Notes: generated from the letters alone by a model not told the origin. 64,000 nt of DNA from Octopus sinensis (GCF_006345805.1 NC_042997.1:28334001-28398000); one strand, 5' to 3'; positions 49,276-62,858 are shown, numbered from the stretch's first letter. Translations and numbers: made by a program.

Positions 49276-51220
49276 ACACATTTTTATTTACGTAAGGTTT
49301 TGAGATGGTGCTTGATCTTTTTGAAACCCGTATAACCGTCTACTCCATACTTCATCGATCTCAGGGTTAACAACCCCCACTACCATTCCAACGGATGCTG
49401 CAGAATTAATAAGATCACCTGCGCTTTGAAAAACAATGTGAGATTGTGTGTATGACATGGCCATTTTTACACACCACTTCGAAACGCATTATAGTTCCTG
49501 AATGCTTTGTACGCATCATTTTAGGGATATCAGAAAGCGCTTGCAAGATGCGATCTAGCATTTCAGCTCGTAGATGCTTGGCCTTGGTCGAAGGTTTTAC
49601 TCAGCAGAGTAAGATTAATGCCTGCAATGATAACATTGTAAGCAGCCACTTGACACTGATCAAATGGTTTTCCTGCATCTTTTCATTCACAAATTGGTAC
49701 ATTCAACTTGCTTCGAATACCCCTGTACTCTATAGTTTTAAGATTCTACTACGCCATCTGAAGCTCTTGGAGATTGCGTGCATCTATTTTCTTGGATCAG
49801 TAAAGGTAATGTTTTCATCCTCTTTTCAATAGAGTTAAAACAACCTTGCGAAAAGCTTCTAGTTCCATCGCAACCAGTATATTAGAGTTTCCAGCAATTA
49901 GGGATCTGGCAATATTTAAACCCTGCATAAGGTAGCAATAACTGCATAGATTTTAATATCTTGTTTTACAAGTTTATCTGTCTTGTGGGGATCTAATACC
50001 TAAATATCCTCAGAAACCTACTGTTACGTATATACAAAACAAGTCAAAGAAACATGAAATATTACGGTTAGGTACTATGCATATATTTATTTATGCTGCT
50101 GCAATACAACAAAAATATGACATATTTTGAGCATAGCGTCGTACCTTTTTGTGCTACGTAGTCTTTAAATGCAGTTATGACTGCTGAAAAATAGTATTTT
50201 AAATGCTGTAAATAATAACACACCTGATACGAATATAATCACCATATCTGTCCGAACTGAGACAGGAATCCATACAAAATATCCGATCATATTTACCAAG
50301 GGTATAAATAAGTAACTTGATCCCTTCTGATCGAAATAGTTTTCGGAAGCAGTGCAATAGAAATTTAGTAACTTGAAAACTTGATGACGATAATTATATC
50401 AATAATATCAGTAGAACAAGAAATATATCAATAAAATATCAGTAAGGAATTTTATTTGGAATATACATATCCGTAACCAGTTTTTGAATTATTGAAGTGA
50501 AAGGGAAATGAGTAATACGATAAACAAGTATACCGAAAATATATCTCTAGAAATATATATTCATCAACAAAACGGTACCATTAGGAAAATCCTGACAGTA
50601 AAATGATACAAGATGTAGAGCTTAAGAAACCATAAGAACTTCTTTACATTTGTAACATACGTAGCAATATTATTTCAAAGCCATTACTCTCGTAATATAT
50701 AACAAGTTGGCTTTAGAAATAATAACACGTTGTAAGAGGAGCAAAAGCATGATCAAATTTGCTTTTCGGAAACAACAGCAGTTGGTTAATCAAGCATATA
50801 TCGAATATAATAAAAAAGGAAAGAAATAAGAGAAAAACACGCACGCATGAAATGGTTGCAGAAAAATTTTAGAAGCATGCTTCGCTGCATATTATGAGAA
50901 TACATATGTAAAACAGGATATCATGGTTCCCATATTATTATAGAAAACACTTATATCAAAACGTGAAAAGAAATAATAAATAGTAGTTCCACATTACATA
51001 AGATGCTGAAATCAAAGAATTGGAAGAAAACGAACTCCACAAATACTTTCAGGCTGATTGGCTTGATAAAGAAAATACAGGAGATCAGTAGAAACAAGTG
51101 GCGTGCAATTGTTACCTTAACATTAAAAAAAAAACTCCACTGTCAGAAATAAGTTAGTAGACATACATACAGTCGCAATTCAAGTAACAAATAATGATCC
51201 AGAGTAAGAGATCATGTCAT

Positions 51221-51420
51221 TGTAGACAGCATGAGACGACATCAATAGGAATATCAAGGAAATTGGAATAGAGTGCACAGTAGAACTATTACAAATATTT
51301 GCCCGCAGGATCAGAATAATCAGGAAATTATTAGATAGCTGAAATGAACGACTAGCATGGTACACTAGGCTGCAGGTAGCATGCCCGCTACGCATGTAAG
51401 ACTCCAGGAGCGCCAACGAA
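51221..51420 (+). mobile_element. Dong/R4-like 3' end, second copy of 44459-44660
   Basis: Close sequence match, also evident from duplicated ORF-track peptides. Confidence 0.8.
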
Positions 51421-51675
51421 ATTCATGTTGTAGACACAAAAACTCAAAAAATAGTTACTAACACCATTCCAAACAAAACGGCTAACGTCGATGTGTAGCT
51501 TGAACATAGAGAATTAATTCTCATCGTAGGTGGAATAAGAAATAGGGGCTTTTGGAGAGTAACATCTCTGGGTCTACAAGAATAACTGGAATTTGGGGAA
51601 GAGGTACTGATTAATTTAACATGGAAAATATTAAAACAACTGTATGTATAAAGCAAGATTATAAGATACGAGGAA

Positions 51676-53290
51676 ATGCGTGAGGTCTTTCAGGAGCAGT
51701 TCGCCCAGATTTTCGGGGTGGGGAAGCGGACCGGACAGTAAGAGGGACCTAACGGATTTCCTCGCCGGGCTGCCGATTCTCTCGGAGCTTGACGCGGAGT
51801 GTTGTGAAGGGCCTGAGGAGGTAATACAGGCTATGGCGCACCGCGACGCGGGTAAGGCACCGGGACTGGATGGTCTACCCTATGAACTGTATAAGAGTAT
51901 GCCAGACTTGTTCGGGCACCTGCTGGCGAACGTCTACGCGCACTGGCAGCAGGATGGGTTCATTCCCAGATCTGTGCGCCTGGGAGTGGTGAAGGTTGTC
52001 AGAAAGGACCCGATAAAATTGATAATTGATAATTTTCGGACCATCGCTCTGCTAAACACAGAGTTGGAGATTTTGGCCAAAGTGTTCTAGAAAAGATTGG
52101 CGCGTGTCGCGGATGGCTTGATCGGGAAGGCACAAGCATATGCCGTTTCCCGGTAGAACCACTCAGGATAATCCCCATCTACAGTACACTGTAGAAGGGT
52201 TTCATAATGATTCTTGCAAGGGAGGGCCAGTTGTCGATTTAGACCAATCAAAGGCTTTTGTTAGGGTAGACCATCATTACCTGGTGTCCGTTCTGGCACA
52301 GTTCGGCCTGAGTATTAGCTTCCTCAGCCATTCATGCGAAAATTGAGTCCAGGAGGGCGGAGCTGGCCAATTGCATCGCCTAACCGTCGTTCCCTGCCCT
52401 GATTCGTAGATGAGCAAGCTGGAAAGACAGCTCTTCCGCTTCCTGTGGAAGGGTTCGAATACGCTTGTGAGACGCTCTATATACTGCCAACAATCGTCAA
52501 AGGGTGGGCTAGGGATGCCTTGGCTGATGATGCGCAGGCACGCGCTGAGGTTGAGGCATCTGGATGATGATCGGGTTTGGTCTCCGCTGGAGAAGCAGTT
52601 GTTTTCCAAGTTCACTTGCTTCGGTGGACTGGCGATCTGGTTCTATCGTAGATCGAAGTTGGGTACATGGTGTACGGAGTGTCTTAAAGCTCTCCGGATA
52701 TTCCATCTCTCGGGCAACACCTGCGGTAGTGGTTCTACCACATTCTTCTATAGAGGGTTGGTAGAGGCGAAATGTAACGATAGCTTGGGGAAGCCCTAGG
52801 TCTCGACAATAATCAGCTGGCCAATATGTTCCAACGTACATTCGGGCCGAAGACACTGGATAACTTCCAGACGTCTTTAGGATGGCAATGTTACCGAGGA
52901 GCCTTACCTGTCAGGGACAAACTCGCAGTCATGGTGGCCCTAACCCAACGACCTGTTCAAGATGTGGGCGAGTCAGGGAAACTGTCCCGCATGCTATTGT
53001 TCAGTGTTCGGTGGTTTCAGATGTGTGGATTTATGCCGAACAACCATTGTCTAGTACAGGAAGATTACAGTTATCGACTGAGTCAATAGTAAAAATTGAC
53101 CCACCGGATTTCCTAGCGAAAGAAGGTAAGAATTGTTTTCTCACCGTAGTAGCAATTGCAAGAAAGGTGATTCGGAAGACGCGAATAAAAGGTTTAATAA
53201 CAGGCATTCTTATCTCTGTCCCTGGGTTGGTGAATTTCTTCACCTTCCACCTAAGAAGGAAAATTGGGCTAGAAACCTAGTCCAATCAAG
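51676..53290 (+). pseudogene. L1/Tx1-like ORF2 remnant with internal deletion
   Basis: KAPGLDGLPYELY, NFRTIALLNTE..ILAKV, LDQSKAF.RVDH, FRFLWKG..GGLG, LPVRDKL..CSRC..ETVPHAIVQC; RT QG..SP/YADD region not seen. Confidence 0.85.
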
Positions 53291-53389
53291 AGAGCAAAAA
53301 TCGTGTTATTCCAGCAGCAAAAAGTTTCCTTTTCGAACACCAGCAAACTACTAAAGTGCAGTACTACTAAACGGCTAGCGTTCAAGCGT

Positions 53390-53480
53390 GGAAGTTACTT
53401 TCAGAGGCTGGTCAATATATAGATCGGCAAAGGACTGGCGCCCCAAGAAAAACGATGGCGCAGTTGGACCGTCAGTATTT
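53390..53480 (+). mobile_element. Tc1-like DNA-binding domain remnant
   Basis: EAGQYIDRQRTGAPRKTMAQLDRQYL resembles the DRxRxGRPRKT..DR motif. Confidence 0.45.
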
Positions 53481-54433
53481 GTGTTCGATACACACTGGAG
53501 TAGTTCCAAATTTTACAGCACATGTCACGCTCATTAACTTCCTTACGATTATTCTTTATAGTTAACCACATGCGTGATTGCTTCACTTACTAATATGTGG
53601 TTCTTATTCACTCGTTCTTTTACATTTATATTTTAATTTTTGAATAGGTTTACGCTTCCATTTCGACCTTTTCAATATCTCTACATTAGTTTGTAGATAA
53701 TTTAGCATCTGCTTACATTCTTATTTATAGTACAATATGTACTAGCATTTGTAAATGAATAGCTACTTAAAACAATTGCTGCAATTCGTCATTTTGTTCT
53801 CTTATTGAACTGCTCTCTTTTCTATTGTTACTCTCTCTCTCTCTCACTCACTCACTCCACACATATGTCTTTGTGCTATTTTAGATTTTGTGGTTCGTTT
53901 GTTAATACAGTAACCCTTTTGACTACCACGTGTGTTACGTTCCAAACATCTCGTGAGAGGTAAAAATAAGTGAAGTATAAGCAGTACTGTAATGTATATT
54001 TTTTTTACTTATTTCTATAATTTGTATGTACTTATTTTATTATAAAAGCAAAACAATACCACGGAGCAATCGACATAAGCTTAATTAAGAAACCGCGATA
54101 TGATGAGGGATTGCTGTATTTACCATTACACAATACAGAGGTCCTGATTTTGCTGGTCTAGTGAATAAAATTATTTCGTTTATCTATGTTATTTTGCACA
54201 CAGCTAGAGAGGCTTAATTATTTAGTGCCTTTTTATTAGTGGTTATCCTAAATATGTCTCTTGGTTTTCTAATTCAAGCAATCAAAATAAATAAATAAAT
54301 AGATAAATAAAATTCCTGCGTCAAATGTAATATCGAACCTGAAATTACAAATTACTGTTGATACACAGTTCCATATTTAAGAGATAAGGAATTATGTACA
54401 TTATTTATATTTGACCTCATCTTATTTGTTGTT

Positions 54434-54479
54434 AACTCGACATTTCGGCTTATATACCCTCCAGTCTTCATCAGGTGTC
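54434..54479 (-). ncRNA. Degenerate minimal hammerhead motif
   Basis: GACAC-CUGAUGA-A-(imperfect stem II)-GAAA-U-GUC-GAGUU; intact core, mismatches in stems I-III. Confidence 0.6.
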
Positions 54480-54567
54480 TTGGGGAAATTTCGAAACTGG
54501 GTTCTCTTTCCTAACGTATTTTTCAATGTTATTATTATTATTATCGTTACTATTCAAGTCACTGCCT

Positions 54568-54622
54568 GGAATCGAACTCGGAATCTTGGGGTTAGTAGAC
54601 TGCTCTCTTAACCAATACGCCA
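54568..54622 (-). promoter_or_regulatory. tRNA-like RNA polymerase III internal promoter (A and B boxes)
   Basis: A box TGGCGTATTGG (54612-54622), B box GAGTTCGATTCC (54568-54579), tRNA-like spacing. Confidence 0.6.
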
Positions 54623-57089
54623 TATGCTTGTGAGCAATTATGGAGTGAATTTTAGGGCTTATATATGTAATATTATCCTATCCTTCCTTAATACCGTTTC
54701 CCATGTCTTTACTCGGTCTGCTTAGGAGGTTGTCGGGTCCCAGCATATGTGCTGCTTCTTTTAGGTTTCGTATTTTCCAGTGGTGTTCTCTTTCTATAAT
54801 TTTAACTTCATCCAACAGGGGGAGATGGTCTCCATTCTTCCATACATGATCAGCAATCAATATCTCCCCGTGTCACAGCTTCGCGGTGCTCCTCTAATCT
54901 TATTTTGAGGGGGCGGCATCTTTCGCTTTTGTATACCCTATCACAGCTGCATGGGAGGGAGTACACGTAGTTCTTCGTCATATTCTCTTCTATTGGTGGT
55001 TTTACTCGAAGGAGATATTTACGAAGTGTTGTATTAATTTTGAATACTCTCCTGATGTCATATGCGCCGTATATCTTTTGTATCTTTTCAGAGCGGTCTT
55101 TCACACAGGGTAGACAGACTGTGGACAGTTTATCAGTTTCATCTCTCTTTTCTTCATAATTGGAGTGGAGAGCATGCTTTTGGGGTAGTTGTTTAATAGA
55201 TTGTTACTGAGCTTGATCATTTGTTCGTGGTGGATATCACGATCGCTACTTAATTTCATTGCTCGATGTTTTAGGCACTGAGCAATCCCTCTCTTTACAC
55301 TGTATGGATGGTGGGAGTTGAAGCTTAGGTATCGTCCAGTGAAGGTTGGCTTGCAGTATACGGATGTCCTTGGTTGTCAATTTGCTTATCCTTTTGTCAG
55401 ATTCATAAACTGCTTTTATTTCATCAGACTTCATTAAAGCGCTCTTCTATATATACTACGGACGCGGGGTCTCTAAAATACTCTTTCTGTCAACTACTTT
55501 GCAATTTAAAATGTTGCAATTCTTTTTATTACTATTTCGTCTGCCGTTCTGGCATTACATATTGATTGTTTATAACTTGGGTAGTCTTTCAAAATATAAA
55601 TTATTGCAGACTCCAACGTGAGTTTACTATTTTCCCTCTTTTATCTTTTTGGATGAAGAGTCAGGTATTTTGTTTAATTCTGTTTTAAAGTTCATCAGAG
55701 CACGAAGAATTTACTTTGTTACTTCTATGTAGTGTCACAATCTATTAATGCCCAAGTTTGCATTTACACTTATATTAATATTTCTAAAGTTTTAAACGTT
55801 CTTCAAAAGATACGTTGGAAATATTCTTTTCGATATAACAGGCAGAATGTATGATTTGAATGTTTCTCATGTCACAGTGACAAACTTTTTGTTGGATTGT
55901 CCCATGTGCAATAATTCGCTTTATGGTTTTCTTATTAAGTAACGCTATTTCATTTTGATATGATTTGTTTTTCGGTACCTTGAAACTTAATCTGTATTGG
56001 GCAGTTAGGTTCTAAGTTTGTCATTACTTTTAGTTTAAAGACTTGAAGCATACGTTATTTGCTTTTTGGCTTTGATTGATTCATAATTTGTTTGTTTATT
56101 TTAAGCAGGTGTAATAATTAATGTTTCATGATTCTTGCTTTTAGAGGTTTATTGCCTAGATGCTTTATGCCGTTGAATGGGGTTGTTGTCTAATATATAT
56201 TTGATGACTTCTTCATTATCGAGTGGGTTGGATGGAATGTAAATTTAGATATATAACACTTCACTATGAATAATGTGTTCTAGTATTTAGCTCTCGAGTG
56301 TGGTTACGAAATTTACTTTAATTACGTTGTATTAGGTAATTACTTAGGTTTTCAGCACTGAAAATCCAAGAGATAATAGAGTGAGGCACATTAAACCCGT
56401 GGCACAAGAACTGCAACATAAATATAAAAAAAGGAAACATAATGTTTTAAATATAACAAATGTTATAACGCAACACCAAATGTTTATGGCAAATATATTA
56501 TTATTGATTTAATATATAAGACCTTAATTTATGACAATTTAGCAATAGTAACGATAAAAAAAAACTACAGCGAAAATTACGTTAGAGGTCTCGCATATAA
56601 AATAGCAATTTACGGCGTAGCCATTATAAAGAAAACAACGCATATATCCAAAACATGCTGAGCGGAAGGAACATCAACTTTACGAAAACAGGATATAATT
56701 AATATAATCAAAAGTCACATAAAGGATGACTGCTAACAAACCAATCAATGAGAAAGAGATAAACATCTAAGGAAGTGTAGTGAAACAGACCATAACAACG
56801 AAAATCATGGCGAAATAATACAATAGCGGAGTAGAGAAAGGATACCCGACTTAGCCAATGAGAAATTGTACAAGTAAAATAATTTAAGGAAGAAAAAAAT
56901 GAAAATTAATTTACAGACAGCAGTGAAGTCGACAGATTTATAAGAGAAAAACTATGAACAACTTTACGACTTCCGATGCAAAATAATAAATTTAAAAGCA
57001 GTATGAACCTCAGATTCAAGAATAGAGTATATAACAGACGATAAAGTTATAACATAATGCAGTAAAACATGAAAGAAAACTGAGTGAGA

Positions 57090-57165
57090 TTAGTGATTAA
57101 ATATCGAGAAATGATGCACAAATACAATTAGTGATTAAATATCGAGAAATGATGCACAAATACAA
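57090..57165. repeat. Perfect 38-bp tandem duplication
   Basis: TTAGTGATTAAATATCGAGAAATGATGCACAAATACAA x2. Confidence 0.95.
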
Positions 57166-57689
57166 TTTGCGGCAAAAACAAAAAACAAGCAAAAAGGAAT
57201 GCATCTGGAAAAATATATATCATGTTAAGCAACTAAGAAGATGAAAGATGTAAGAAACGACAGAGAAACTAACTAGAAATGAATGGGCAACAACTATTGA
57301 GAACAACCTAAACTACCTAGACTAGAAAATGAAGATGATTAATTTCTTTCTGTCAATAATTAACATCTATCAAATGCAAAACAATAAAACAGAGTCAAAA
57401 CGGAAGGCGACACTTTCTCGCGTGGAGGATACAGCATCAAGAATATCAAATCACATTTTAAACAAGTTACATGTATTCGTTTACACAGTATAATATATAT
57501 ACATGCATGCATACATCCAGCATGGCCACAGCTCATGAGCTGAAACTAGATAAAATAAAATAAAAATACATAGAAGTAAAACTGAATAATGACATACATA
57601 AATGCATACATACGTGCATACATGCATACATGCATACATACGCGGGCGCGCGCACACACACTCACACATAAATATTCTTTGCTCTGCTT

Positions 57690-57830
57690 GAAGAAGATTT
57701 CCCTGGGTCCAGTAATATTAGGAAAATTTTCAACGCCCAATCTATTAAATTTTCCTACTCCACCATAACTAACCTTGCCGGTATAATCTACCCGACTAAA
57801 AAAATATAAGAAACTAAGAAACCCACAATT
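57690..57830 (+). mobile_element. PLE remnant homologous to the pre-endonuclease region of the 11961-14660 protein
   Basis: FFALLEEDFPGSSNIRKIFNAQSIKFSYSTITNLAGII vs FRQAIASNFPRNSKYYATVNSHKVRIAFSNTKKLSQII. Confidence 0.55.
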
Positions 57831-58657
57831 GGTTATATTTAACCCCGCTAATTAACACAACACACTTAAAACCCGGTTCCCGCCCATAAGCCTAGGACGT
57901 CCTTAAGCTCCCTTACCAACACCGACCCTCAAACTACCAGCTCTACCATCCAACATGAAGGCGTGTACGTGCGCGTTCAAACATATCGGATACTATCATC
58001 GCATAGAAAATGTACGCGTGGATCGGCTTCGACTAAGGCTCTTCGTTGATCGTTGTCAGCATCCGATAGCCGACCACTACGCTTATCATCTTCAAGACTC
58101 TTGTCACCGCTTCGAAATTTCTTGAACTACTATTGAGCTGTGCGTTCATTAGTGGTTCCCGGGCTAAACGCATCGTTGATATAGTGCGTTGTTTCAGCAG
58201 CTTTTCGGCCTAGCTTGAACTGGACTAAAAAAATTTTGCCAATTTGCTTATTGTCTATGGTGTATTCAACGTCCCGGAAAAAATGGCCAAACTATTCAAA
58301 AAGAAAAAGAGTAATACGATTAGATAGAACGAAAAACAGGTTTTAAAATGATAAATAAAGTCAAAGAAATTTAACGAAATGTAATTTGAAAATACATAAT
58401 TTGAAACCAAAATTAAAAATTCCCCAAGAATTTTCTTGACAACCAATTTCACCCCGACTGCTATGTTTCCCTAATAGCTGAAACTTTATCTCCCATTTCT
58501 ATTCCTTTATTCACCATCCTTTTCTCTCCTAGCAAATCCACCGTACTCTCACCCCTAAGTATTTGATCTTTTCTATTCCTTTTCTTCCCATACTTTAATA
58601 TTTCACTTATAAAGTTATTTTCTCCTCTTTAGATTCTGTATAAATATATAAGCCTGA

Positions 58658-58882
58658 GAGCTGGCAGAAACGTTAGCACGCCGGGCGAAATGCGTAGCCG
58701 TATTTCGTCTGCCGTTACGTTCTGAGTTCAAATTCCGCCGAGGTCAACTTTGCCTTTCATCCTTTCGGGGTCGATAAATCAAGTACCAGTTACGCACTGG
58801 GGTCGATGTAATCGTCTTAATCCGTTTGTCTGTTCTTGTTTGTCCCCTCTGTGTTTAGCCCCTTGTGGGTAGTAAAGAAATA
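58658..58882 (+). mobile_element. SINE family A
   Basis: Aligns with 42447-42667 and 31604-31832. Confidence 0.9.
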
Positions 58883-59161
58883 AATATATATACATTAACT
58901 GTTGACAGTAAAATAAGCCCAAATAAATATCCATAACTAACTGCCCCCAAATCAAACGGTTTAAACATACGGTCACTAATATGCAGTATTAATACCGAAT
59001 TTATTTAACAAGATAAGCCTTATAACATTACTTGACAAGACGCGTCTGCATCGAGGGACGCACCATTACCAGCTGTACAGTATTCCTTTCGCGAGGGGGA
59101 TGGTACCAAGATGGGGGAAACGAACGCTGTGTCCGTCTCTATCATTTGCTTTACACACACG

Positions 59162-59247
<86 letters not shown>

Positions 59248-59251
59248 CATA

Positions 59252-59426
59252 CTTTATTTAAAGCAGCAGAAAATTCAACAAAACCTGTTACACTGAGTTT
59301 CACGTTACTCAGAGTAACAGGTTTTGTTGAATTTTCTGCTGCTTTAAATAAAGCATATTACTCTACCACTGGTATTTGAGTACTCTTTTTCCCACCTTGT
59401 TTCACATTTATGTGTTTACTCCGGTA
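59252..59426 (+). mobile_element. Short fold-back element in (TA)n, probable pLTR remnant
   Basis: 47-bp arms (59252-59298, 59307-59353), one mismatch, 8-nt loop; (TA)n both sides. Confidence 0.65.
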
Positions 59427-60419
59427 TATATATATATATATATGTATAATATGTGTGTATGTGTCTGTACGTTCGTGTGTGTGTGTATGTTTGTGCGTCT
59501 CTACGTTTGTGAATGTGTATATGTTCTCGTAAGTTGAAGCATATATTTTTGTGGTCGGTGAATCAGCAATAAAAAAAAAAACCGCAATACATTTTATAGT
59601 AGGAATGGTATCAGTGCTGTAGCTTAAAATACAAACGACAATAAAGATATTTAAACAAAATGAACAAGAACACTGCCTTTAGCGACGTATTCTATGTGAA
59701 GCTGAATGGAAGTTCAGATTGACTACAGAGTCATACACCAAAGACTTCAACAATTTACAGTAGATTGATGCATGTCACTCTGTAGACACTCTGACGAACG
59801 TCGACGGAGCGACAGCACCTCCTGTAAACAAAATTATTATACTTGAACGGAAATATGAGCGTTCATAATAAAATTTTTTTGACATACAACATATTTTTTA
59901 TTCTGTTTCATGTGCTTTATTTTACAATATAACAATTGCACATGTGGTTGTTCTTAATATTATTAGTAATGTAAATATTGAATCCTAAAACAAGATATAT
60001 AATGCGTTTTGTGAGAAATAAGGATTTTGAATGTAATATTTGAGTCTTAGATTATTCAAATGGAGGTACACAAAAGCGAAATTCAAATTAGAGTGAAAGA
60101 GCTATCTAAACGGAAGATGTCTTGTCCGAACTTTTACTGATAAATAGCATTAGCAGAACTTGATTTTGTACGGATTAAATTCACGTAAAATAATTAGTTG
60201 TTCGTTACTAATTTTTACAGAATTTGTTTACAGAATTTCTAATCGGATCAAACATCAATCAGCTCGAGCACATTTTGATCTTCTGCTTATTTTTTTACAT
60301 TAAATTTCCGCTGTTATTAATGTTTAATTACAGTTGAGTTCTTATACAATGGTGGTGGTTTTGGTGGTGGTACTCTAACTGGTGTGGTTGGTGGTACTCT
60401 GGTGTTGTTCGTGATGCTC

Positions 60420-61500
60420 TAAGTGATGGTGTTACTCCGTCCAATGTTGTTCGTGACGCTCCAGAGACGGCCAGAGGCAGCGCTGCTGTCGCTAGTGGCG
60501 ACTTGACTGGTTTCCGCTGCTGAACTGGAGGTGCCCCCGCTTCTGCATTCGCTTGCAGCTTTCGACACACCTCTTTGTATTTGGGACAGTCAACCTTGAG
60601 GTGCTGGTTGCTCAAACAAAAAAACCACATCGGTTGCCTGCCCTCCACGGATACGTGTAATCTCGTACCGTCTGGTAGGTTTATGGCGTCAGGGATAGGA
60701 TTTAGGGCATCTTGTTCGAGTTGAACAATAAGCTCTAGTCCCTGACGCGTCAAGTTTTATTGGTGCAATTTATCCACCTCCAGTATTCTGGCGCTATCCT
60801 CTATATCAAAGAGGATAGCCATCCCCATCAAGCATGCATTTATTTCGGGTGGCACCTCCCCAATATTAATCTTGGCGACGCATCGAACTAGGTATGTCAG
60901 CACGAGCAGGAATTCCTCAGGTTTTAGTAGCAGTATAGATTGCTGTCTTGCTTCTTCTACCTTTCCGAAGCGTACTTACAAGTGCCGAAACTATTTCCTC
61001 GTATCACATAGGTTTTACTCGTCCACATAGGTCTTAATGCAATTTGTAGTTGAGTTGCTTGTTCCACTCTTATTTTTAATGTCTAATGATCTGTAGATTA
61101 CCATTTTCCCTGTGTTTCTTTTATCAGTTGTGGAATGTTAAAGAAAATATTATTGTCTTTCTTCCTGAACAAACCCATTACATTTTGTAAATCGTCATTA
61201 CTTAAATAAATAAACTCCCGAGTTTGTTTCTCCACCGAGGCGAAACCGTTGTCGCTTGGCTTTTTATTGTTATCGTTTGACTCTACCTTTTATTTTGTGT
61301 TTACTGTGTTCGTGCCGGTGTTGACGCTGGCTGCGTTTACCTCGCTTACTTTTTCATTTTCCATGTTTATGTTGGTGCTATTCTTGATGTTCGTATTTGT
61401 GCTGTTCAGAGGGGGAGAAATCTTGGCTGTACTGGCTTTCAGAACAGCCACTGCCAATCTCCTCGACAGAGGAAGCCATCTTGTGTTTTCGTTAGACGAA
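60420..61500 (-). pseudogene. L1/Tx1-like ORF1 remnant
   Basis: INIGEVPPEI, LHVSVEGRQPMWFFCLSNQHLKVDCP (degenerate zinc knuckle); possible start AAGATGGC near 61480. Confidence 0.5.
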
Positions 61501-61611
61501 AAAACAAAAATATATTTAATAGACAAAAAGTCCAAAATTTGCCCCTAAAAGGGGAACTTTCAAGAAAAGAAACCCCTTTTGGACAAATGTGGTTCAGAAA
61601 AAAAATCTTGA

Positions 61612-61757
61612 TATAAGATCACCGTGTCGTGCAGATGTATTTGTGATGCATGTGCTTGGTGCACTCTTATCAGACGGGTAGTCATGATGGATATATTGGG
61701 TTTCGTATAATTGCACGCCAGTGTCATTTTAATGCCGTGCGCTTTTCGTTCACTCAA
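61612..61757 (+). mobile_element. 3' fragment of the (AAT)n-embedded element
   Basis: Matches 45258-45404; followed by (ACT)n(AAT)n. Confidence 0.75.
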
Positions 61758-61758
61758 A

Positions 61759-61861
<103 letters not shown>

Positions 61862-62495
61862 CAATAATAATAATAATAATAATATAATAATAATCATTTC
61901 TACTTTATATATAAAAGGAACACGATGAAAATCAAAAAAAGGAAATTATTTTAAGTTTGTTTTATCTGGTACGTCATGTGTATTGAGAAGAGGAATGTCA
62001 ATGTGAGAAAAATTTGTTTCATGTAAATAGTTTATTTTCTACAAAAGTTTATTCAATTTTATAAATGAAAACATGCTGTGTTTAGTTTAATGGAACTATC
62101 AATATGTATGCGTCTGTTTGCCCCAGGTATCGAGAAAACAGTTGCAAAGAAATGGAAGTACAACTGAAATAAAAGCAACAACAACTACAATAACTACAAC
62201 AACAATAATTTGAAACAGATCTTTCTGTAATTCCATGAGATAATTTGATATGTAGGCGAAGGAACTATTGCGGCATTCCGCTCTCATTTAAATGTGGATA
62301 ATGGAAAAGGTATAGAAATTGCATAGAGGTCCTAGGAAGCTATTAGCATAGTATGGTGCAAAATAATTCTAAAAGTTATATCAGCAACCTCTATGTACAC
62401 TTTTCAATACCTACTATTATTTGCACCGTCATAGTATTCGTTGTAGATGGACAAACACATCTGTGATTATGCATATATACATATATATATTTTTT

Positions 62496-62787
62496 CCGAC
62501 CATGCTATTAGATGTTGCTACACATCGCTGGTCACAATGCGCTTCGCATTGTTTCAGCCTTCAAATGACGCCAACCCGCTGGCTAAGCGAGCAGGCCAAC
62601 AGAAGAAAGAGTGAGAGAAAGTTGCGGCGAAAGAGCACAGCAGGGGTCGCCACCACCCCCTTGCGGAGCCTCGTGGAGCTATAGGTGTTTTCGCTCGATA
62701 AACACACACAACACCCGGTCTGGGAATCGAAACCGCGATCCTTCGACCGTGAGTCCGCTACCCTAACCACTGGGCCATTGCGCCTCC
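62496..62787 (-). mobile_element. SINE family C
   Basis: Reverse complement of 48763-49060; B box GTTTCGATTCC. Confidence 0.85.
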
Positions 62788-62807
62788 ACACACACATACA
62801 CACACAC

Positions 62808-62858
<51 letters not shown>

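Larger units (their letters stand above)
54400..55260 (-). mobile_element. Penelope/Poseidon-like 3' remnant (GIY-YIG + 3' UTR)
   Basis: VYSLPCSCDRVY..RPLKIRLEEH, IADHVW..HL..DEVKII.REHHWKIRNLKEA. Confidence 0.85.

Noticed and set aside
54555-54630. Bona fide tRNA gene (also heads at 43648, 48763, 62787, 63161)
   Set aside because: A/B boxes are present but acceptor, anticodon and T stems do not pair properly; these are tRNA-derived heads.
56600-57460. A-rich strand-biased tracts (also 40380-41350, 50100-51170) as LINE or Gypsy remnants
   Set aside because: Composition is suggestive but I could not recover diagnostic motifs.
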